DNA of 64,000 nt from positions 42,532,001-42,596,000 of the forward strand of contig OZ024741.1 in the NCBI GenBank assembly GCA_964016885.1, read 5' to 3'. This stretch comes from Eledone cirrhosa (taxonomy: Eukaryota). The notes under the pieces are model-generated. The model was not told the origin of the DNA, made no database searches, and saw only the letters and a list, made by a program, of their open reading frames with translations. Both the position numbers and the translations under genes were made by a program. Positions 40,456-52,401 of this stretch are shown here, one piece after another; position 1 is the first letter of the stretch, and every line of letters begins with the position of its first letter.

Positions 40456-42689
40456 ATCCTAAAATAATTAATTTATCTAAAAGAGATCTTGACAATGATG
40501 AAATGCAAATTCTGTCAAAAGGACTGAAATTCACACCGACTCCAACAGTCAACCACCAAGAACTGAAGGAGGATACCCAAGAATTCTGTCGAAAATTACG
40601 TCTTGTAGAATTCTTCGCTGATAAAAATAATGAGAGTGATGAATCACTAGTAAAGAATAAATCAAATTTCACTCCGCCAAAAGGAAGAAATATCTATCTC
40701 GACCAATACATTGACATCCTGTCTAAATTTCCTCTTAGACATAATACTAAAGTTAGGCCAAACATTAACAAATCAGAAATGTCTGCACTTAAACGTATAC
40801 AAAATGATAAAACAATAATAATTAAACAAGCAGATAAAGGGGGTGCAGTTGTTATAATGGATACTGAATACTACAAGGATTTGGTTGAGGAACAACTGAA
40901 AGACACAACATTCTATCATGAAATACCGTCAAATATAGACCACAACATCATGAAGAAGATCAACAACCTGGCTTCAAAATACCACAACTCATTTACTGAT
41001 AAGGAAAGAGACTACATCACCAATTTTGAGCCGAAACCCAGCAACCTGTATGGCCTACCGAAAGTTCACAAGTCAAAAGAAATACAACTGGCAGTAAGAG
41101 AACAAAACAGTGAGTACATTAAATTATTACACCCAAAAGACTTAAAACTTAGACCTATTATAGCTGGTCCAACATGCCCCACTCACCGTCTAAGCAATTT
41201 TGTTGACATTATTTTGAAACCACTATGTATTCACATACCCAGTTTCATCCGGGATGATATCGACTTCCTGTCCCATCTTCCCAAAAACACGGAAACGAAT
41301 TCACTTCTACTCAGTTTTGATGTGGTAAGCCTTTACACCAACATTACACATGATTTAGGAATAAAGGCGGTTAAATACTGGGTGGAAAAACATAGTGAAG
41401 TGATTCCCATTAGATTCACAGCGCCATTTATATTAGACGCAGTTAAACTTATTCTGGAAAACAACACTTTCTTCTTCAATGGAAAGAATTACATCCAAAT
41501 TAGAGGCACAGCGATGGGAACGAAGTTTGCTCCCGTTTACGCGAACTCTGTAATGGGATACTTAGAACAACAACTCTACCAAGAAATAGAGGAAAAATAT
41601 AGTACTGACTTTAGAAAGTACATTGAAAAATCTTGGAAGAGATACCTTGACGACTGTTTCATCATCTGGACAGAATCCCTAGATACTCTGGATGAGTTCA
41701 ATATCCTCCTGAATAACCTACACCCATCTCGCCAATTCACAAAAGAGATGAGTAGGACCAAATTACCATTCCTAGATATAATGATAATCAAAAACGACAC
41801 CACCATTACCACGGATATATATTATAAATACACAGACACCCATCAATATCTGAATTTTAAGTCGTGCCATCCACCTCATACAAAACGCAACATCCCATAC
41901 TGCCCAGCCAGAAGAATTTGTACCATTGTAGAAGATACGAATACCAGGTACAAACGCCTAACAGAACTAAGAGAATTTTTGCTCAAGCAAAAATACCCAT
42001 CTCTACTTATAGAAAATGGCATACAGCGGGCTATAAAAATACCTATACAACAACTTAGAACAACCCAAGGAAGAAGAAACCAAGAACTGGTCATACCATT
42101 TATAATGACACACAACCCATGTCACCAGAATATCTTCAACACTGCCAAAGCAAACCTACCGATCATTGCTCAAAGTAATGAATTAAAAGGCTTAATCACA
42201 GATCGATCTTTGACTCTTAGTAAAAGACAGCCAAAAAATTTGAAGCAATTGCTAACAAAAGCAAAGTTTGACCTTAACAACAAAGACCAATCATTCACTG
42301 TATCTAAATGCAATGATAATCGATGCGGCACATGTCAATCCATACACGCCGGTCAATATATGAAAACAAAAACTGGAAAAATATTCCCAAATGCAAATAT
42401 GAACTGCAAAAGCAGAAATCTAATTTACTGCATTAAATGCCCGAATTGTGAAGAACTATATGTCGGTCAAACTGAAAATGCACTATCGGAACGTGCACGG
42501 GTACACCGTCAACAAATCAGAGACCCAAATGTCCGTCAGATAACCCTAAGCGGCCACCTGGCAACATGTGGTCAGGGAATATTTATAATATTCCCATTCT
42601 ACAAATTACACAGCCCAAGTGAAATCAAGAGAAAAATCAAAGAAAAGAATTTTATTGATAAATTCAAACCCAAGCTAAATGAACAATAA
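40362..42689 (+). CDS. PLE reverse transcriptase + GIY-YIG endonuclease (ORF2; first ATG 40503)
   Basis: IINLS..LSKGLKFTPTP, ADKGGAVVIMD, YGLPKVHK, RPIIAG, FDVVSLYTNI, GTAMGTKFAP, RYLDD, LPFLDI, SCHP, CNDNRCGTC linker, LIYCIKCPNC..YVGQT, KPKLN. The frame is open from 40362, after TGA at 40359. Confidence 0.95.
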   Translation, partial: TEKNPFFNVRTTKTGKRKTPGGNIPKTAVHVDPKIINLSKRDLDNDEMQILSKGLKFTPTPTVNHQELKEDTQEFCRKLRLVEFFADKNNESDESLVKNKSNFTPPKGRNIYLDQYIDILSKFPLRHNTKVRPNINKSEMSALKRIQNDKTIIIKQADKGGAVVIMDTEYYKDLVEEQLKDTTFYHEIPSNIDHNIMKKINNLASKYHNSFTDKERDYITNFEPKPSNLYGLPKVHKSKEIQLAVREQNSEYIKLLHPKDLKLRPIIAGPTCPTHRLSNFVDIILKPLCIHIPSFIRDDIDFLSHLPKNTETNSLLLSFDVVSLYTNITHDLGIKAVKYWVEKHSEVIPIRFTAPFILDAVKLILENNTFFFNGKNYIQIRGTAMGTKFAPVYANSVMGYLEQQLYQEIEEKYSTDFRKYIEKSWKRYLDDCFIIWTESLDTLDEFNILLNNLHPSRQFTKEMSRTKLPFLDIMIIKNDTTITTDIYYKYTDTHQYLNFKSCHPPHTKRNIPYCPARRICTIVEDTNTRYKRLTELREFLLKQKYPSLLIENGIQRAIKIPIQQLRTTQGRRNQELVIPFIMTHNPCHQNIFNTAKANLPIIAQSNELKGLITDRSLTLSKRQPKNLKQLLTKAKFDLNNKDQSFTVSKCNDNRCGTCQSIHAGQYMKTKTGKIFPNANMNCKSRNLIYCIKCPNCEELYVGQTENALSERARVHRQQIRDPNVRQITLSGHLATCGQGIFIIFPFYKLHSPSEIKRKIKEKNFIDKFKPKLNEQ

Positions 42690-42849
42690 TAACGCCTAGG
42701 GGTATTACTTCTACTACCACTATGACCACGACCACTAACAACAACAACAACAACAATAATAATAATAATAAAAGTGATGTTGATGGTGATGATTAATAGA
42801 AAATGCTATTTTCATCATTTCAAAAAGCAAAACAATTGATACGTTGGAT

Positions 42850-43030
42850 ATGACTATTGGTCGTTAGCATGCTCAACCAGCCGTGACGCTTAAACCAATC
42901 AGCTGTAGTAATTCAGTGAAACTACACACTGATTGGTCAAAATACAATTTACAGGGCTTTGCATTCTGGAGCCACTTTTCTCTGTATAAAATGTATAAAA
43001 GGTAGGAAATTTACCCATCTCATTACAGTT
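42850..43030 (+). promoter_or_regulatory. Putative Pol II promoter in the PLE pLTR
   Basis: ATTGG/CCAAT boxes (42856, 42895, 42932), tandem TATAAAA (42985, 42994), and Inr-like tcatt/cagtt ~30 nt downstream. Confidence 0.5.
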
Positions 43031-43063
43031 GAAAATTGCAAACTCGACTGACACCACATATCA

Positions 43064-43102
43064 TGAACCTGAAGATTGCGAAAGCATGAAAGTACTTGTT
43101 CA
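43064..43102 (+). ncRNA. Minimal type I HHR motif with palindromic stem III (dimer-cleaving type)
   Basis: tgaac-CTGAAGA-t.tgc.gaaa.gca.t-GAAA-gtac-TT-gttca. Confidence 0.8.
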
Positions 43103-43216
43103 ATTAACACTTAACATTTAATATTCTATCATACTATTTCATTATAATACCATTATATATATTTTAAAGGATTGTAAATAAAACGAGTAAATCAGACAAA
43201 GTTGGAATTCCTCTTA

Positions 43217-43285
<69 letters not shown>

Positions 43286-43346
43286 GGCGTTTTGAAAGCC
43301 TCAACAATGCAGAGGGGTAAATATCCTGGTAACAGAATCAGGTGGT

Positions 43347-43391
<45 letters not shown>

Positions 43392-43503
43392 TAAAAGGAA
43401 ATGTAGAAAGAGACGTAAAGGGCGTAGAGGAACTTAGAAAACGTGTAGAAATAATAACACACGCGCGCACACACACACACACGCACACACACACACACGC
43501 ACT

Positions 43504-43568
<65 letters not shown>

Positions 43569-44552
43569 ACACACCCACACACACACACACACACACACAC
43601 ATCTATATATATATATAGTTGTTTGTGTAATAAACACACTAGTCATAATCTGAATGAAAGTCTCATATACTGTAAGTAAAGTCACTATTTAAAGCTACTT
43701 TTAACAAACTAAGTAACTTTAGTTTCGCTGAACTTTTCAAAACAAAACATATTACAAAGCATTGGGTTCTGAGGGGCGAACAAAGAAATCAAAGTGCTGG
43801 TGTAGTGGAAATATAAGAGGATCAAATCCTAATTGATAAGGTCACAGGGAGTGATGAAAGAAATGTCAACCAATTGAACGAGTAAATATATATATAACTA
43901 AATATTTGATTGATTATTAATAAAACAACAGTAAAATACAACCAGTATGACTTCCCCTGTGATCACATACATGCCAAGTTGTTTTTTTCTTTCTATGGAA
44001 CCACAACGGCGGCTTGAAGAAACGAAACGTTTATGCATTGATGACAGCTGGTCTTTCATAAATATCAACGTCTAGGCTTGTGCCATGTAAATACATGGGC
44101 AGCTAAGACCGAAGAAAAACTTAAATGATCTACTGAGAGTACAACAGTATCTGTTAACGCACGATTCCACATCACGAATCTTGCAACTTGAATACAAAAG
44201 TATTATCAGTAACATAACTTGATAGATAATATCTTTCCTTCTTCCAATGACATGCCTATTTCCTCACTGAAATCAAATAGTGGAGAAAAAGAAACCATTG
44301 GAAAATGCTTTCGGATTCAAATCTTAACTTGAAGCCGTACATTGATATACGGGTAAAGAATAGATTCCCAAAATGTCTCCTGTTTATTGTAGGAAAAGGA
44401 AATCCATATCTGGTCAATAATAACTCTAACTCTATTATCAATATATATTCTAGACAAAATATATTATTCAATGATAAAGCAACCGTGTGTTAGATCGGGA
44501 AATGAAAAGAAAGTGATATGGAGAGAGATAGAGAAAATTTCTGTTCTAGTGT

Positions 44553-44656
<104 letters not shown>

Positions 44657-44775
44657 CCCCCCTCTACCCCTGTGTGTGTGTGTCTGTGTGTGCTTGTACG
44701 TCTGTGTGTGTGGGGAGTGTATGTGTGCACAGATATTTATGTGTATATATATATATATATATATATACAATATAT

Positions 44776-44836
<61 letters not shown>

Positions 44837-45094
44837 TATATAAATATATATGTATATATTGTATATATACATAAATATATGTGCACACATACACTCCCCA
44901 CACACACAGACGTACAAGCATACACAGACAATTATAATTGGTGTTGGAGAATGCTTTAAGCATCCAACACCAACTATACACACACACACACACACACACA
45001 TATATACATATATATATAAATATATATATATGTATATAATTGGTGTTGGATGCTTAAAGCGTCCGTATGCGGTAGGCCGTATAAGCACTCGATG

Positions 45095-45137
<43 letters not shown>

Positions 45138-45141
<4 letters not shown>

Positions 45142-45687
45142 TTCTCCACCATATTTTTCATATATTTACCTAAACTGCGATTCTGTGTTTCTCTCTCTCT
45201 CTCTTACTGCTCCCTCGTTCTCTCTGTTTCTCTTACTTTCTTTCGTCCCCTCTGTCATGTCAGTTAACACTTTTTCTCTACTGATCTCTTCCTCGCACTT
45301 CCACTTACTCACTCTCTGTTTCTCCCCTTCTTACTTCCTCCCGTTCGCTACGAAAACGATTTTCCTTCTTTCTAACATCGGATTCACTAGCGGAAGGCCT
45401 GTTTCTAACTCGCACATATATTCACACAGCTTATGCTGATAGAATAACCATGTTGCTTGTGTTTCTTTCTATCTTCGGTTAGCTTTCCCCTGTGTTGTTT
45501 ACTTGTTTCACTCGCTTTACGCGTTTCAATTGTCCTAATAACTTATTTTAGTTATTTTCGCACCAACGTGAGGTATATGATTTTTAATGCGATGAAATAC
45601 CAATGATCGTTGGCAAATCACTGATGAGGGACTCATTTTATAACATGTTATCCATGTGCAACCATGCAGTATTCTTCTCCCCATATT

Positions 45688-45693
<6 letters not shown>
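45138..45693 (+). mobile_element. Non-coding PLE-type element with ~25-nt terminal direct repeat
   Basis: attcttctcc(a)ccatatttttcat at both ends. The 3' part is homologous to 12741-12870 (-). Flanked by (TA)n. Confidence 0.7.
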
Positions 45694-45740
<47 letters not shown>

Positions 45741-46058
45741 AGAAGGTGTAGGAAGCTCACGCACAGAAAATAACTGCAATTACAGTTAGTTGCTATAATG
45801 TAGCTAAGGGGATCCTTAGCTCATAGTTAGAGAACCTAACTGGTTTCTGGGAGATACGGAGTTCGGTTTCTCGTAACAGTGGCTAGCAACATTTTTCTCT
45901 CTCTAGGGGTCTTTACCCTAACTTTATAACCTATTTTCTAGCAACTGACTGCGACTGTAATTATTTCCTGCGTCTTCGCTTCCTATATCTTCTTCCTATA
46001 TCTATTAAGCTCACCAGAACTTAGCAAGTTCGAAAACTCAAGCTTCACACATGACATT

Positions 46059-46060
<2 letters not shown>
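45741..46060 (+). mobile_element. tRNA-like-headed element with inverted arm + tailed arm
   Basis: 45741-45795 is an imperfect inverse of 45939-45993. A-box-like tagctcatagttag (45817) and B-box-like gagttcggtttc (45859). A 67-nt tail precedes (TA)n. Confidence 0.55.
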
Positions 46061-46105
<45 letters not shown>

Positions 46106-46107
<2 letters not shown>

Positions 46108-46307
46108 CAAAGAAGGTGTGATAAGATACCAGGTGGACCATAACGCACCAGCGTACTCGATACTTAGGGTAGTAGAGTGGGTAATAGGGAAAAGAGTCAG
46201 GACCCCTACGGCTGAGCTCCGGCCATTTCGACAACTAGATCCGAACTGTTCGGATCTAGCTGTCGGAGCTGCCTGAGCTCAGCCGACGGGGTCCTGACTC
46301 TTTTCCC

Positions 46308-46312
<5 letters not shown>
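46106..46312 (-). mobile_element. Mini version of the 35268-36775 family (tail + short palindrome)
   Basis: Tail ccaggtggaccataacgcacca..tacttagggtagtagagtgggtaatagg is shared. Arms ~46185-46246 / 46248-46310 contain only the 3' half of the HHR. Confidence 0.82.
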
Positions 46313-46356
<44 letters not shown>

Positions 46357-46358
<2 letters not shown>

Positions 46359-46498
46359 TTGAACAATGAAAACAAAAGATACGTGCTTAATCAATCCATT
46401 GTTTCGCGATCGTTTCAAAGGATGAGCTATTTATATCACATTACATTGAGTTCTTGTAGCATTCTAAGTCCTACCTTGAGTAAATAAAGTACTAGTAC
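46357..46498 (+). mobile_element. Mini PLE-type remnant related to the 2006 and 9373 elements
   Basis: Inverted gaaacgatcg half-HHR followed by a ttacattgagttct..ctacc tail, within (TA)n. Confidence 0.55.
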
Positions 46499-46528
46499 AT
46501 ATATATATATATATACATATATATATAC

Positions 46529-47476
<948 letters not shown>

Positions 47477-47481
47477 TGTAT

Positions 47482-47730
47482 GTTGAAGCCGATCGTATTA
47501 CAGTCCAGTATTACTATAATTGCTTTACAGCATAGAGTTATGGCTCTCCACGGAGTCAACAAAAGAGAGTACCAGTGATGCGCTGGCCAGTCGCTGGATC
47601 CGTGCCAAAAGCAGAAAAAATATTATTAAAGTTGTTCTTAAGGTCGCTGGTGATGGTGATGGCGACGGCGGTGGCTGTAATACGATCGGCTATATACACG
47701 ATAACGGACTGTAATACGATCGGCTTCAAC
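47482..47730. mobile_element. 249-bp element with perfect 25-bp inverted repeats (MITE-like or PLE-type inversion)
   Basis: gttgaagccgatcgtattacagtcc (47482-47506) and ggactgtaatacgatcggcttcaac (47706-47730). A partial third copy lies at ~47673. Confidence 0.7.
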
Positions 47731-47964
47731 TATACAAACTCTTGAAAGTCAACAGTTGACATAATCTGGTAATCTTGTATCAGTAATGACGGTAATATAT
47801 ATATATATATATGTGTGTGTGTGCGTGTAAGTGAGTAGAGTAGCGTGTGTGTGTGTTTGTTGTGTGTGTGAGTGTTGCTGTGTGCACGCATATGTATGCG
47901 TGTGTGTGTATGTCGTACGTATAAGTGTCAATAAGTAATTTTTTTTTTTTTTTTTTTTTTTTTT

Positions 47965-48267
47965 GCGCGGGGACATAGAAATAATCGGGCTGGATGCCCG
48001 ATCGCGCAGTTAAACCACTGGGAGTGAAGAACCCCTAGCCCATGTCAGGGTATTCTTCTAGGAGAAGGCATCTCAGGAAACTGGGTTAACTCCGATATAA
48101 AACCTGCGGCTCAGTAGTTACCGATGATGTTGATCTTTTCTTCTTTTCGGGTTATAGCTACTGTCGCTCAGAGAGTGGGATTGGTTCAGTGCACAGTCTT
48201 TCCTCACTTTAAAAATATTCGTCACGCACAGGCATTGCACGAGTGCATTAATAATTATTAATAGTGT

Positions 48268-48311
<44 letters not shown>

Positions 48312-51300
48312 TATTATTACTTTTTTTTTTTTTTTTTTTTTTTCCAATTCAATGATGTTCCAGAACAATGTAAACGAGATAATTGCCAATTTGGGTTCTG
48401 GAACAAAAAGGATCATTGGCAATAAGGGCAGGGGCCCCAAGTTATCACAACCTGGGCCCGCCCGTCATCGTGCCATTGTAATAGAGCCAAACAGGGCATT
48501 TAGTCTTGGCTGCTGGAACGTACGGACGCTGCTTGACAGGGATTCTTTGGAGCGTCCTGAACGAAGGACCGTTCTTGTTGCGAAGGAGCTTCGACGTTAC
48601 GATCTTGACATCGTGGCTTTGTCTGAGACGAGGTTAGCTGGAGATGGTCATCTTACGGAATTTTGTGGAGAATATACATTCTTCTGGAAAGGAAGAGATG
48701 AAGGAACCAGAAGAGAGGCTGGGGTAGGATTTGCTGTTAAGACTGTACTGGTGAATAAATTAGAAGAATTCCCAGTGGGGATTAGTGAGCGTCTTATGTC
48801 CATGAGAGTTCCGCTGGACAAGGGAAGATATGCTACCCTGGTGAGTGTGTATGCTCCAACTATGAATTCTGTCGATGAAGAAAAACTGTCCTTTTACCAT
48901 GCCTTGAAAGGTGTTTTAAGAAATATCCCTCAGGCAGACAAAGTCATCGTGCTTGGTGACTTTAATGCTAGAGTGGGTAGGGATTTTAACACATGGAATG
49001 TAATCGGAAGGCATGGGGTGGGAAAGTGTAACAGCAATGGTATGCTCTTGCTGCAGGTGTGTGAGGAGCTGGATCTGTGTGTTACCAACACCATGTTCCA
49101 ACAAAAGAACAAATTCAAGACCACATGGATGCATCCTGCATCTAAGGAATGGCATCTTTTGGACTACGTCCTAGTCAGGATGCGTGACAGACAGGATGTG
49201 CAGTGTGTTCGTGTTCTTCGTGGAGCTGAGTGCTGGACGGACCACCGCCTGGTACGCGCAAAAGTGAATCTAATCACCAAACGTAAAATCCGGGCTCCTG
49301 GTGTTACCCTGCCCAAAAGATTGAATGCTGCTCGTCTTAAGGATAAAAATGTGAAGAGGACATTGGAAGAAGAGATGCAGGCTGCAGATCTTGGTGAGGA
49401 TTGGCCGACCCTTAAAAAGTCGGTTTATGATGTAGGCAGACGTGTTCTGGGATTGGTGCAGAGAAAACATCAGGACTGGTTTAATGAGAAAGATGTGCAT
49501 ATAGATGACTTGTTGGCTGATAAGAGGCGCGCTCTGTCACGCTACTTGACGGCAAAACCACAGGAGAGGAATACGTTGCATGAGGAGCTCAGGGATGTAA
49601 AATCACGTGTTAGGCGGAGTCTTTCTCAGATGAAGGATCAGTGGTGGAGTGAGAAGGCTGGTGAGATACAAACTGCGTCTGATTGCAATAACACAAAGCT
49701 GTTGTACAGTCTCTTGCGTGAGGTTTATGGACCGTCTTCTTCTCTGGTGACACCGATTCGCAGCAGGGATGGCAAAGAACTTCTTCGTGACTCACAGGGA
49801 ATTCTACGAAGGTGGCGAGAGCACTTTGATGATCTTTTGAATCAGCCGTCTGTCGTCAGTGAAGATTTCCTCAATCTCATTCCGGAAAGTCCTGTGAAAG
49901 TAGCTCTCGCAGAACCTCCGACACTTGTGGAGGTTGCAGTGGCTATTTCGAAGCTGAACAGTGGAAGATCTCCAGGTATGGATGGCATACATGCTGAGCT
50001 CCTACAATATGGTGGTGAGAGACTCCTGAAACATCTTCACTCTCTGTTTGGAAGGATATGGGCTAATGAATCCGTGCCTGAGGACTGGAGAGATGCAGTA
50101 ATGGTGGTCTTGTACAAGGGAAAGGGTAACAGGAATGATTGTGGGAACTACAGAGGTATATCATTGCTTTCTGTCGTGGGGAAAGTTTTATGTAGGGTGC
50201 TTCTGGACCGTCTGCTGACACACATTGCAGATTGTGTCCTTCCTGAAAGTCAATCTGGTTTTCGTGTTGGACGCGGCACTACTGATATGATCTTCTCAGC
50301 TAGACAGCTCCAGGAGAAGTGCATTGAACAGGGCTTGGATCTGTATCAGGTTTTTGTCGATCTGACAAAGGCTTTCGATACTGTCAACAGAGATGCATTA
50401 TGGAAGGTTCTCCAGAAACTTGGTTGCCCTGATAAGTTCCTTGCTTTAGTTAGGTCTTTCCATGACGACATGAAGGCTTGGGTTAATGTCGGAGGTAACA
50501 TGTCGGAGCCTATCTCAGTAAAAAATGGAGTGAAACAGGGGGATATTCCAGCACCGACCCTGTTTGCCATATACTTTGCAATGGTTTTCTGTATTGCATT
50601 CAGGAATTGCGAGCATGGTGTTTACATCCGATATCGAACCTCAGGCAGCATATTTAACATCAGGCGCTTTGCTGCGAAGACAAAAGTATTTACATCAGTC
50701 ATAAGAGACCTCTTGTATGCAGATGATTGCGATCTTGTAGCGCACACAGAGAGTGATATGCAGCACATTTTGAATGTATTTTCTGACGCTTGCACTGCCC
50801 TGGGTTTGACTGTCAGTCTCAAGAAAACCGTCGTCATGTACCAACCTGCACCTGGTAGGCAGTACACTGAACCAAACATCTATGTGTATGGCAAACGACT
50901 TGGAGTGGTTGATCAGTTTGTCTACCTGGGAAGCACTGTCAATCGATACGGCAACCTTGACAGTGAAATCTCACTTAGGATTAGGAAAGCAAGTGATGCT
51001 TTCGGAAAGCTAGAAAGGCGACTCTGGGGTCGGCGAGACATATGCAGGAGGACAAAGGTAAAGGTGTACAGGGCATGTGTACTCTCTTGTCTTCTTTATG
51101 CCTGCGAGACCTGGGTCACATATCGACGCCACCTTAAGCAATTGGAGCGTTTCCATCAGATGTGTCTCAGACGGATACATGGCGTTCACTGGAGGGACCA
51201 CATCAGTGATGTCGAGATTTTGGAAAGCTCTATGTGTGACAGTATAGAAGCTCTTGTGCTTAAGCAGCGACTCCGTTGGAGTGGTCACCTTGCCAGGATG

Positions 51301-51905
51301 AAGGATTCTAGAATACCAAAACAACTCTTCTATGGAGAGTTGGTTAAAGGAAAACGACCGCCACATAAACCAAAAAAGAGGTATAAGGATTCCTTGAAGG
51401 CCTCTCTGAAAGACGCTAACATCTCTGCTGATACATGGGAAAATATTGCTGCTGATCGTAGTAAATGGAGAAAGACTGTATATGAGGGAAAAGTTGCCTT
51501 TGAGGCATCTCGAATCGCACACGAGAAAGTAAGGCGGGACGTGAGGAAGGGTATTGCTGTTGCACTTCCAGACGGCGAGGGTCCTCCTATGTTTCTGACA
51601 TGCAGCGTCTGTGCGAGACTCTGCCTAAGCAAAGCTGGACTCGAAAGTCATCTTCGCAGTCATAAAGTAAGACCAGTGGTTGACTACCAGGCTGCTGTTG
51701 GAGATGCTACTCATCATGCTTGCCAAACATGTGGTAGAGAATGTAAATCAGCAGGAGGACTCAAGCGACATGCAAAAGTACACGAACTCCAACCACAGCC
51801 GACTATTCCCAGTAAATGTTTTGGTTGCCGACTCTGTGCAAGACATTTTAGATCATTGGCTGGGCTAAAAAGCCACATTCGATCGCAGCACTGTTAGTTG
51901 CTATC

Positions 51906-51949
<44 letters not shown>

Positions 51950-52028
51950 GCTTATGTGCGTGCGTGTGTGTGTATATATATATGAATATGTATATTATTA
52001 TTGTTGTTGTCGTTATTATTATTATTGC

Positions 52029-52077
<49 letters not shown>

Positions 52078-52208
52078 GTTATTAATGTATGTGTGTATAT
52101 ATGTGTGAGTGTATGTGTATGTATGTGTGTGTGTATATATGTATGTATGTGTATGTATGTGTGTGTGTATATATATGTGTATATATATATATGTGTTATA
52201 TGTGTATA

Positions 52209-52241
<33 letters not shown>

Positions 52242-52269
52242 CTTTTCCCTTTTTTTTTTTTTTTTTTTT

Positions 52270-52311
<42 letters not shown>

Positions 52312-52398
52312 TTTTTATTTTTATTTTTTTTTTTTTTTTATTGTGCAATGGCCATACTCGATAACGAGGGGGCAGCCATCATGTATGTATGTATGTAT
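47965..52398 (+). mobile_element. RTE-clade LINE, near full length, with (ATGT)n tail
   Basis: RTE-type 5'UTR block (ctaggagaagg..aactc.gatataa.acc), a single intact ORF, and a 3' stem-loop ctcg-ataa-cgag followed by gcagccatc(atgt)n. The 5' boundary is uncertain. Confidence 0.9.
48352..51897 (+). CDS. RTE polyprotein: AP endonuclease + reverse transcriptase + three C2H2 zinc fingers (1181 aa)
   Basis: WNVRTL, ALSETR, VYAPT, GDFNARVG, LLDYVL, TDHRLV; SPGMDG, NYRGISLLS, QSGFR, DLTKAFD, GVKQG, LYADD, YLGS; CxxC-x12-H-x3/4-H three times. No stop or frameshift. Confidence 0.97.
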   Translation: MMFQNNVNEIIANLGSGTKRIIGNKGRGPKLSQPGPARHRAIVIEPNRAFSLGCWNVRTLLDRDSLERPERRTVLVAKELRRYDLDIVALSETRLAGDGHLTEFCGEYTFFWKGRDEGTRREAGVGFAVKTVLVNKLEEFPVGISERLMSMRVPLDKGRYATLVSVYAPTMNSVDEEKLSFYHALKGVLRNIPQADKVIVLGDFNARVGRDFNTWNVIGRHGVGKCNSNGMLLLQVCEELDLCVTNTMFQQKNKFKTTWMHPASKEWHLLDYVLVRMRDRQDVQCVRVLRGAECWTDHRLVRAKVNLITKRKIRAPGVTLPKRLNAARLKDKNVKRTLEEEMQAADLGEDWPTLKKSVYDVGRRVLGLVQRKHQDWFNEKDVHIDDLLADKRRALSRYLTAKPQERNTLHEELRDVKSRVRRSLSQMKDQWWSEKAGEIQTASDCNNTKLLYSLLREVYGPSSSLVTPIRSRDGKELLRDSQGILRRWREHFDDLLNQPSVVSEDFLNLIPESPVKVALAEPPTLVEVAVAISKLNSGRSPGMDGIHAELLQYGGERLLKHLHSLFGRIWANESVPEDWRDAVMVVLYKGKGNRNDCGNYRGISLLSVVGKVLCRVLLDRLLTHIADCVLPESQSGFRVGRGTTDMIFSARQLQEKCIEQGLDLYQVFVDLTKAFDTVNRDALWKVLQKLGCPDKFLALVRSFHDDMKAWVNVGGNMSEPISVKNGVKQGDIPAPTLFAIYFAMVFCIAFRNCEHGVYIRYRTSGSIFNIRRFAAKTKVFTSVIRDLLYADDCDLVAHTESDMQHILNVFSDACTALGLTVSLKKTVVMYQPAPGRQYTEPNIYVYGKRLGVVDQFVYLGSTVNRYGNLDSEISLRIRKASDAFGKLERRLWGRRDICRRTKVKVYRACVLSCLLYACETWVTYRRHLKQLERFHQMCLRRIHGVHWRDHISDVEILESSMCDSIEALVLKQRLRWSGHLARMKDSRIPKQLFYGELVKGKRPPHKPKKRYKDSLKASLKDANISADTWENIAADRSKWRKTVYEGKVAFEASRIAHEKVRRDVRKGIAVALPDGEGPPMFLTCSVCARLCLSKAGLESHLRSHKVRPVVDYQAAVGDATHHACQTCGRECKSAGGLKRHAKVHELQPQPTIPSKCFGCRLCARHFRSLAGLKSHIRSQHC

Positions 52399-52401
52399 TA
52401 T

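Larger units (their letters stand above)
39382..43224 (+). mobile_element. Penelope-like retroelement (Neptune-type), 5'-truncated, with inverted 5' pLTR
   Basis: 39382-39552 is the reverse complement of 43052-43224. Contains an RT + GIY-YIG ORF and ends in (TA)n. Confidence 0.95.

Noticed and set aside
48080-48110. Twister ribozyme in the RTE 5'UTR (taactccg)
   Set aside because: The required GUCCCAAGC-type loop and pseudoknot partners are not visible.
48916-51632. Antisense ORFs within the RTE and PLE coding regions
   Set aside because: Short shadow frames of genuine ORFs without recognisable motifs.
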